Shown here: piece by piece, positions 11,287-20,000 of the stretch
Layout: each line of letters starts with the position of its first letter
How positions within the stretch are numbered: position 1 is the first letter of the stretch
From: Lama guanicoe
Taxonomy: Eukaryota
Direction of reading: 5' to 3'
NCBI GenBank assembly: GCA_013239625.1
Contig: MU054197.1
Location: forward strand, 96,152-116,151
DNA: 20,000 nucleotides
Notes under the pieces: model-generated
Told to the model about the DNA's origin: nothing
Databases searched by the model: none
What the model saw: the letters and a program-made list of their open reading frames with translations, nothing else
Program-made: the position numbers and the translations under genes

Positions 11287-11447
11287 ACTCATGGACAGAG
11301 AATACAGACTTGTGGTTACCGGCGGGGGTAGAGGGTGGGAAGGGATAGACTGGGATTTCAAAATTGTAGAATAGATAAACATAATTACACTGTATAGCAC
11401 AGGGAAATATAGACAAAATGTTATGGTAAATCACAGAGAAAAAAAAG

Positions 11448-11890
11448 AAATCTCTCACCTAAGAATACTCTAATTTGCACAGTTATCACTTAGGTATAAA
11501 GTGAAAATACAAACTTTACCAGACAAACAAAACCTGAATGAGATATAAAACAAAACCAAGACACCTTACAAAAGGTGCAGAAAAGAGCTTTTCTAAAAAG
11601 AATAAAATGGCAAAAATACGCAAAACATTGAACAAAATACTAAGCAGAGACCACGAGAAAGTTGCAACTGTTTCTTTGGGTATGTTTTTAAATGCTACCA
11701 TTCTATATGGATTAAGGAGAGGAAAATAGGATATCATTTGCAATAAATGTAGATACATCAATCTGGTATGATGTTCACAAAAGTAAAAGAAATAATTTGA
11801 GTCAGTATTCATAAAAGGAAAAGAGTGAAAATAAAACAATATTAAAGGAAGATGCTATCAGTGGAAAAAGGACTAAATTATACATGAGAT
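11448..11890 (+). mobile_element. Older L1 ORF1 C-terminus plus inter-ORF region (right part of an interrupted element)
   Basis: cacctaagaatactctaatttgcacagttatca...gaaaatacaaactttaccagacaaacaaaacctga resembles ORF1 PRILYPAKL...EIKTFPDKQKL and is homologous to ~18340-18480 in this window. Confidence 0.75.
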
Positions 11891-11891
11891 G

Positions 11892-12249
11892 TTTTATTTT
11901 TAATTGACGTACATTAGATGTACTATATTGTATTGTTTCATATGTACGGCATAGTGATTCCAACCACACTGTAGATTACATTGCACTATAATTTATTACA
12001 AAAATTGTAACATACAATTATTATATGTTATTGTGTATAATTCCCTGATCTATACAGATTATCCTTGTTGCTTATCTCCTTAATGTATACTACTTTGCAT
12101 CTGTCAATGCCTGCCATTAAATACTCTTTCCCTTCCCCTTTGGTAAACATAAATTTTTTCTATATCTTTCAGTCTGCTTCAGTCTTGTCTGTCTAATCTC
12201 TCTATCTCTATAACACATCTCAATCAATCTATCTATCGATCTATCTGTC

Positions 12250-12296
<47 letters not shown>

Positions 12297-15200
12297 GTCT
12301 GTCTATCATGTATCTATGTATCTATCTTTCTATGTATCTATTGATCTGTCATCTATCAATAGATATCTATAGATAAATGTACCCAGATATTTGTTATTAT
12401 TTAGATTCCACATATAAATTATATTATTTACTTTGGTCTTTGTCTAAGTTACTTCACTAAGCACAATATTTACTAAGCCCATTCATGATGCTGAAATAGC
12501 AATGTGTTATACTTTTTCATGGCTGAGTAATATTCCATTGAATATTTATAGAAACATCACATATCCTTAAGTCCATATTCAACAGTGGACTCTTGGATTG
12601 CTTCCGTGCCTTGCATATTATAAACAGTGTTGTTGTGAACATTGGTTCTCCTCAATTTAAAGTTTTCCTGAGATTTCTCCTAGGAGAAGAATTACTGTTT
12701 CATATGGTAGTTCTATTTTAACTTTTTAAAAAATCTGAATACTGTTTTCCATAGAAGTTGCACCAATTTATATCCCTACCAAAGTATACAAGAGATTTGC
12801 TTCCTCCACATCATCTCCAACATTTTATATTTGAAGACTTTTTGATAATAGCCATTTGACCAGTGTGAAATGATACCTCATTGTGGTTTTGAACTGCAAT
12901 TAACAATAATTATTATTGTTGTGCATTTTTATCACTTGTCCATTACTCATCTGTATGTTTTCTTTGGAAAAAATATTAACTAAGTTACTGTGCTCTTTTT
13001 TTGATTGGGTTTTTTTTTTTTTCACATTGAGTTCGGTAACTTAAATCCATGTTACATCTATTAACCTACATCTACTAACCCCTGGTCATTTGCATTGTTT
13101 GTAAATATGTTCTCCAATTACACAGGCAATGTTTTCATTTCATTGATAGTGTCCTTAGCTGTGCAGAAGTTTTCAAGTTTGTTTATGTCTCACTTGCTTA
13201 TTTTTGCTTTTATTTCTTTTGCCTTAAGAGACTGATATATGAAAATTTTCCCATGATATATATCGAATTGAGTATCATCTATATAACATTCTGGCAGTTT
13301 TATACTATCAGGTCTTACATTTAGGTCCTTAATAAACTTGGAGTTTATTTTTGTATATGATGTCTGGGAATGCTCTAATATCACTGTTTTACATGTAGAT
13401 GTCCAGCTTTCCCAACACCATTCATTGACGAGACTGTCTTTTCTCCATTGTGTACTCTTGCCTCTTTTATCATTGATTCATTACTCATAGGTGTGTGGAA
13501 TTATTTCTAGGCTCTCTATCTGTTTTTATTGATTATATCTCTGTGCCAATGCCATGCTGTTTTTATTACTGTACGCTTATAATATACTAAGGAATCCTGC
13601 AGGTTTATACCTCCAGAGTTGTTGTTTTTTCTAAAGACAATTTTGGCAATTTTTAATGGTTTCATGTAAATCATAGAGTTATTTATTTTCTGGTTCTGTG
13701 TGAAATACTACAACTTTGTAACAGGAATTGCCATAAATCTATAGGTTTCTTTGTGTAGTACGGCCATGTTAGCAATATTAACTCCTTCAATCCAAGAGCA
13801 CAAGGCATCTTTTCATTTCTTTGAGTCATTTTTAATTTCTTTGTCAATTTTTTTTTAATTTTCAGTGTGTAGGTCTTTCATATATGTGGTTACATTTATT
13901 CCAAGATGTTCGGTGGGATGGGATTTTAAATAGTATTGCTTTCACTGGCCATTTTATGGTATCTCATGGTTAATGTGTAGAAATGCAAGAGACTACTTTA
14001 CATTAATCTTATACCCTGCTCCATTGCTGAAATAATTTATTGTTCATAATAGGCTGTGTGGAGCACTTAGGACTCTATGTAGATTGTTATGTCATTAGTA
14101 ATGGTGAAAATTTTGCCTCTTTCTTTCCATTTGGCATTTCTTTTACTTCTTTTTCTTTCCTTTCCTTTCTTCTTTTAATCTGGAACAGAAGTCCTGAGAG
14201 TAGGAATACTTGTGTTGTTCCTGAATTTACCCAGAAGACATTCAGCCTTTCCCCTGAGTATTATAAATTGTTAAAAATGGCCTTTAGTTTTTTGGAGAAT
14301 TTTCCCAATTTAATCCAATTCCCGGAAGTTTTGATCATGAATTTTTTTCGAATTTTTTTTAATGATTTTTCTGTGTGTATTGACATGGTCCTGTGAATTT
14401 TGTCCTTCCATATTAAATTTGTGTCATGCTGATTGACTTATGTATGTTGAACCATCTTTGTGACTCTGGAAAGAATCAAACTGATCATTTTGTATAATCC
14501 TTTCTATGTATTCCTGGATTAATTTTTTGATGTTCTTTTGAGGATTTTTTAATATATAAACATAAGGATATTTGCTTTACATTTTCATTTTTTTTCTAGT
14601 GTCTGTGACTGGTTTTGTTTTCATGGTATTGGTGGCTTCATAGAATAACTGAGAGAATTTTTCTTCCTCCATCATGTTTTGAAATAGTTGGGAGGAAAGA
14701 GGTTTTAGTGAATGCATCCAGGCATTTTGTTCAAGGGGTGTTTTTTAAATTATAGATATTATTTAACTTATACTGATTGCTCTTTCAAGTTTACTGTATT
14801 CTCTTTATTCAGTGTTGGCAAGCTGTACATTTCAAGAAATTTGTTCATTTCTTTAAGGTCCAGTTGTTTGTCACATAATTGCTCAGAGTGTTTTGATAAT
14901 CTTTGTTTGCATTTCTGTAATATCAGATGTTATTTCAACTGTTTCATTTCTTATTTTGTTTGTGTCCACTCTGTATTTCTTGATAAGCCTGGCTAAATGC
15001 TTATCAGTTTGTTAATATTTTTAGGAAAAATTAAAGCTTTTGATTTTATGACATTTAATTTATTTTTTAATTTTTTATATATTTCATTTATTTTCAAAGT
15101 ACTCATTAAAGAATTCTTATTCTAATGCCTTTGGGTTTTGCTTGTTTTTATATCAAGTAATTTTGGGTGTTATGCTTGGTCCTTTGTGTCAGGTTTTTCT

Positions 15201-15990
15201 TGTTCCTTGTAAAAGGCCTGAATTGTTCTAAACTTACTTGATAGATTTGTCTTTGCTACATCCCATACATCTGATGAAGCTGTGTTTTCATTGTAATTTG
15301 TCTCCAGGTATGATTTTATTACCTCTTTGATTTCATCATTGACCTTGTTTTATTTTATTTTTTTAAAGGATGTGGTTTAATCTCATGTTGGTGCTTTTCA
15401 TGTTCTTCTTTCTAGAGTTGATGCATAGTTTCATACTTTTTTTGTATGGAAAAATACTTGCTGTAAACTATATTTGCTTAAAGTTCCTGAGGCTCTTTTC
15501 ATGACATAGTATGTGGTTAATTCCTTAGAAAACATCCTGTGCACACTTGAGAAGCTTATGTGTTCTTCTTTTCTGATGCAGTGTCCAATAACTCATTTAG
15601 GCTCAAATGATCTAATATATTATTAAGACCTCTGTTTCCTTAAAGATATTCTTTCTGGGTGATCTGGCCATCAGAATAGTGAGGTGTTATACTCAACTAC
15701 TATTATTGTTTTATAAAGAATTAATTACTTCATGTTTACTAATGTATCTTTTTATACATATGATCTACACTTTTGGATCCATATATAATTTAATGAGTGT
15801 AATACTCTTTTTTAATGTTGATCTCTTATTTCTTTATGTATTCTTATATTTACCTTTCATTGTGACCCTTATTTTAAAATGTATTTTGTATGATTTGAGC
15901 ATTGCAATCTGCACTTTCTTGTCATTTCCATGAAATATCTTTTGTATCTATTTCCTGGCTGTGTTTATCTTCCACCATAAAGTGAGAAAT
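11892..15990 (-). mobile_element. Degenerate L1, 3' UTR through ORF2 into the endonuclease region, interrupted at ~15993
   Basis: T-rich tail ttttatttttaattgacgtac. Antisense 3' UTR (ttcccctttggtaaacataa, ttagattccacatataa). Minus ORF 13190-13384 (LEHSQTSYTKINSKFIKDLNVRPDSIKL) is ORF2. Ends in antisense EN-coding sequence. Confidence 0.92.
12190..12375. repeat. Compound (TATC/GATA)n microsatellite; pure (TATC)10 at 12256-12295
   Basis: Direct reading, with TGTC and TATG variant units in the flanks. Confidence 0.95.
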
Positions 15991-15993
15991 TTT

Positions 15994-16107
15994 GGGGTGG
16001 GATGCCAAGATCGTGGAGGAGAAGGATGCTTGTAGCTCACCCTTTCTCACAAATGCACCAAGACTCATCCACAGACCCACTCAATTAACCAGAGAACTTG
16101 CAGAACT
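15994..16107 (+). promoter_or_regulatory. L1 internal promoter start with a degenerate YY1 site (16006-16016)
   Basis: CAAGATCGTGG versus canonical CAAGATGGCGG, ~12 nt from the element start. Confidence 0.6.
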
Positions 16108-16275
16108 NNNNNNNNNNNNNNNNNNNNNNNNNNNNNNNNNNNNNNNNNNNNNNNNNNNNNNNNNNNNNNNNNNNNNNNNNNNNNNNNNNNNNNNNNNNNN
16201 NNNNNNNNNNNNNNNNNNNNNNNNNNNNNNNNNNNNNNNNNNNNNNNNNNNNNNNNNNNNNNNNNNNNNNNNNNN
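16108..16275. other. Assembly gap (N run)
   Basis: Run of N. Confidence 1.
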
Positions 16276-17598
16276 GAAGGAGAGGGAGCCTCCAAGGATT
16301 GGATCTCTACAGAGTATAAGTTGACTGACAGAACCAAGTTAAACAGGTACAGAGGATCCTTGTGACACCCAGCCCAAGATGCATCTTGTCAGCGGAGGGC
16401 AGGGTCATGCTTCACGAGCTAGGTGGAAGATGGGGATGGCTGCACTGAGGCTGCCCAGGGGAATGGAGGGGTCTGTGTGTCATTGCTATGGGTCCACAGG
16501 GCATAAAAACCTAGGCCCTCCATAAAACAACAGGGCAGACATGCCCTGGGAGGGGAAAGGTGCATTCCCCATCTCTGAAAACCCACAGAATTTTCTAGGT
16601 GAAGAGAGCTGGAGCTCAGACACAGCCACCATACCCTCTGGAGCTTTGCACACAGGTGGCAGTGGGGGTAAAACCTGCATCCACTCCTAAGGACTTAATA
16701 CCCTCAAGAGCATGACGGGGACTTGTCTACAGCATAAGGCAGATAGGATACTTCCGTCCTATTTCCACAGAGAACATGCTCTGCCAAGACAAACAAGAAG
16801 CTGAGTTTTGGCCCAAACAGGGACAGGGATGTTTCTTAGTCTACCCTGAGCCCAATCCAGTGTGCAAACCTGAGGCGGAGCATACAGTGGTAAAGAGCAG
16901 TGGAGAGACTGGCAACCTGAGGGGCTGTTGGACCCCCACCTTTTGGGATGGAATGCAGCCCCTGACCACGTGGCTGTGAGAGGTCTTGACGCCCACTCCT
17001 GCCTGGTCAGTCTGAAACATCTGACTGTAACATCGGGCAGGGCAGTGACAAGCCAGCCCACAGTAAAGAGAGCTGCTTGGGAACAAGTGTTGGGAGTAAG
17101 AGTGATCTACTTGCTGACAGGCCCTGGGAGCAGCACAGAGGAGGGCTCCAATGGAGGGCCAAAGGAAAAAGCAAGTTGAGCTTCCAAAACAGGATGAATA
17201 GAGAAAGAGTTCACATTAAAAGTACACAATATCCAGGAGAACACTGAACACCCCCTTGTTTTAATCTGTTTTCACCTGTTCCATTTTCTATTACCCTCTT
17301 AATTTTTAATTTTTCTGCAGATATAAATACCCCCATTTTAATCCCTTTGAAATTTATAAAAATATTTTTATTATTATTATTTTTCAAAATTGTGCTTCAA
17401 CTTGCTTTCATATATTTATTATGCAATGTCTTCAAACCTTTATTTCTCCCTTCTTTAAAATTATTTATCTCTCTCTCTCTCAAATTTTCTCTTTTCTTAG
17501 TTGTATTACTACATAGGAATTAGGTTGATAAACTCTTTTAGGACTGCAGTCGATAACTGATACTCCATAAACCACAGTGCCAGAGAGGTAGGAGCAGG

Positions 17599-18486
17599 AT
17601 GAATAAGCAGAGAAACAAGTTGCAATTAAAAGAACAAGAGAAATCCCCTGAAAGAATGATCAGTGAAATTGGGATTGATAGCCTAGGATATCATGATTTC
17701 AAAAAAGTAGAGATCAAATTATTGAAGTAAATAAAAGATAATGTTTAGAGATATAAAATATGTTAAAAATGAAATTGAAGCTATAAAGAAGAGTCGAGTA
17801 AAATAGGTAAACTTGTTGACTGAGATGAGGAATTAACTAAAGTGTCACAAAGCTGACAAGACAATGCAGAGGAACTACATAGTGACTTAGAAGACAGGAC
17901 AGTACAAAGCATCCAATCAGAAGAGCTAGAAGAGAAACAATGGGAAACAAATGAAAAAATCATAAGAGACCTATGGGATAATATAAAGCATGCTAATCTT
18001 GCCATGATAGAAGTCCCAGAAGGGGAGGATAGATCAAAGGGGATTGCAACGGTGTTTGAAGAAATGATGACTGAGAACTCCACAAACATAAAAAAGGAAT
18101 CAGATATCCAACTACAGGAAGCTCAGAGTGTCCCAAACAGGAAGAACCCAAATACAGCCACACCAAGACATATAATTTAGATGGTCATAGTCAAGGATAA
18201 AGAAATGATCCAAAAGGAAGCAAGAGAAAGTAAACATTGAGTTACAAAGGAATTCCCTTAAGGTTCACACCTGATTTCACTACAACAATACTACAGGCCT
18301 GAAGGGAATGGAAAGATATACTCAAATTCCTGAATGAAAAAACTGATATACACTAGGATACTTTAACCAGCAGGGCTGCCCTTTTTGGTAGAAGGAGACA
18401 TAAAGAATTTCACAGACAAGAAAAAGCTACAAGAGTTTAGCAACACTAGACCCATGCTAGAAGAAATATTGAAAGGTCTACTCTAA
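17599..18486 (+). pseudogene. L1 ORF1p remnant with multiple stops and frameshifts
   Basis: ATG at 17599, reading MNKQRNKLQLKEQEKSPE. Further motifs IRDLWDNIKHANL, VPEGEDR, FEEMMTEN, IQLQEAQSVPNRKNP, KNFTDKKKLQEFSNTRPMLEEILKGLL*. Confidence 0.9.
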
Positions 18487-18894
18487 ACACAAAAGCAGCA
18501 GAATGCTTCAGAAATGTGAAACTCACAGCTGAAAACGTGATAACTCATGAATTACAAATAAAACACACACAAAATGTTAAAATATGACATACAAATCATT
18601 GAGAGTTTTAGGGGGAGGCAGGAAAATAGAGAATATTTTTTTGGTCTTTCGTTTTAAAATTTTTTGTTCTCGGCAGGATGGGTTTGAGACCATGTTACTA
18701 TCAGTTTAATAAAAGCAATTATAGTAGTTCTCTAAAAGACTTATAAAAAGGGTAACAAGAAGAAAAAAACTTATCAGGGTGTCACTAAAACTAAATAAAA
18801 TTCATGATAATACAAAGGAAAATGACCAAACCATAAGAGGAACATGAAAGGAACAAAGAGGAAATACCAAATCAACTGCAAAGGTAAGGTCAAA

Positions 18895-20000
18895 TTGGCA
18901 ATATACACAAGCATATCATCAATTATTGTAAATGTTAGTGGGCTAAATCCTCCAGTCAAAAGTCATAGAGTGGCAGGCTGGATAAGAAAGCAAGAACCTT
19001 AAATATGCTGCATACAAGAGACCCACTTCAGAGATAATGACACATATAAATTGAGAGTGAAAGGATGGAAAAGTGTATTCCATTCAAACGGAAAAGACAA
19101 AAAAGCAGGGGTTGCAGTACTGATTTCAGACAAAATATTNNNNNNNNNNNNNNNNNNNNNNNNNNNNNNNNNNNNNNNNNNNNNNNNNNNNNNNNNNNNN
19201 NNNNNNNNNNNNNNNNNNNNNNNNNNNNNNNNNNNNNNNNNNNNNNNNNNNNNNNNNNNNNNNNNNNNNNNNNNNNNNNNNNNNNNNNNNNNNNNNNNNN
19301 NNNNNNNNNNNNNNNNNNNNNNNNNNNNNNNNNNNNNNNNNNNNNNNNNNNNNNNNNNNNNNNNNNNNNNNNNNNNNNNNNNNNNNNNNNNNNNNNNNNN
19401 NNNNNNNNNNNNNNNNNNNNNNNNNNNNNNNNNNNNNNNNNNNNNNNNNNNNNNNNNNNNNNNNNNNNNNNNNNNNNNNNNNNNNNNNNNNNNNNNNNNN
19501 NNNNNNNNNNNNNNNNNNNNNNNNNNNNNNNNNNNNNNNNNNNNNNNNNNNNNNNNNNNNNNNNNNNNNNNNNNNNNNNNNNNNNNNNNNNNNNNNNNNN
19601 NNNNNNNNNNNNNNNNNNNNNNNNNNNNNNNNNNNNNNNNNNNNNNNNNNNNNNNNNNNNNNNNNNNNNNNNNNNNNNNNNNNNNNNNNNNNNNNNNNNN
19701 NNNNNNNNNNNNNNNNNNNNNNNNNNNNNNNNNNNNNNNNNNNNNNNNNNNNNNNNNNNNNNNNNNNNNNNNNNNNNNNNNNNNNNNNNNNNNNNNNNNN
19801 NNNNNNNNNNNNNNNNNNNNNNNNNNNNNNNNNNNNNNNNNNNNNNNNNNNNNNNNNNNNNNNNNNAGAAATAGAAGGAAAAAAAAAACCCTGAAGGGCA
19901 GCAGAAAGAAGGAAATCAAAAATATTGGTGAGGAAATAAATAAAATAGAGGTAAAAAGACTATAGGAAAAAATTCAACCAATCCAAAAGCTGGTTTTCTG
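18895..20000 (+). pseudogene. L1 ORF2p N-terminus (APE endonuclease) remnant, spanning a gap
   Basis: Start mutated to TTG. Reads NVSGLNPPVKSHRVAGWIRKQEP*ICCIQETHF...KGWKSVFHSNGKDKKAGVAVLISDKI with a stop at 19000-19002. After the gap it reads SRKKEIKNIGEEINKIE. Confidence 0.92.
19140..19866. other. Assembly gap (N run)
   Basis: Run of N. Confidence 1.

Larger units (their letters stand above)
8980..11447 (+). mobile_element. Young L1 fragment (camelid-like), ORF2 RT to 3' UTR, truncated at both ends
   Basis: Begins at ctgatgaacatagacgcc (LMNIDA). Long ORF2 reading frames at 9069-9548 and 9844-11286. The 3' UTR G-rich tract ggcgggggtagagggtgggaaggg is present. Ends at tcacagagaaaaaaaa. Confidence 0.97.
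15994..20000 (+). mobile_element. 5' part of an apparently full-length L1 (5' UTR, ORF1, inter-ORF, ORF2 EN), continues beyond the window
   Basis: G-rich start ggggtggg followed by a decayed YY1 box caagatcgtgg. GC-richer 5' UTR, then a T-rich tract at ~17250-17500, then ORF1 and ORF2 remnants. Confidence 0.93.

Noticed and set aside
9203..11458. Hydrophobic minus-strand ORFs (e.g. 10119-10679, 186 aa)
   Set aside because: Shadow ORFs antisense to A-rich L1 ORF2, a well-known artefact.
16486..17179. ORFs in the L1 5' UTR as an ORF0-like antisense gene
   Set aside because: ORF0 is described for primate L1s. These ORFs mostly have non-ATG starts in a GC-richer, decayed UTR, with no supporting evidence.
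18999..19965. Long ORFs spanning N runs (also 3560-3892 and 15992-16337)
   Set aside because: Artefacts of translation through assembly gaps.

Overview
AT-rich mammalian genomic DNA with three assembly gaps (3621-3851, 16108-16275, 19140-19866). The 3' UTR of the youngest L1 resembles camelid/cetartiodactyl L1s; this is from recall and was not checked against a database. About 3280-20000 is a nested stack of LINE-1 retrotransposon copies of different ages on both strands. All copies are disabled. They include one young ORF2/3'UTR fragment (~8980-11447) and the 5' part of an apparently full-length element (15994 to window end). Positions 1-3280 are mostly unique non-coding sequence with an L2 tail and a cluster of GATA and nuclear-receptor motifs. 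No host protein-coding gene, RNA gene or novel biological system is supported. The best observations are structural: a doubly truncated L1 replacing ~0.7 kb of an older L1, an in-frame 51-nt duplication in ORF2, a reconstructable nesting order, and a candidate enhancer.
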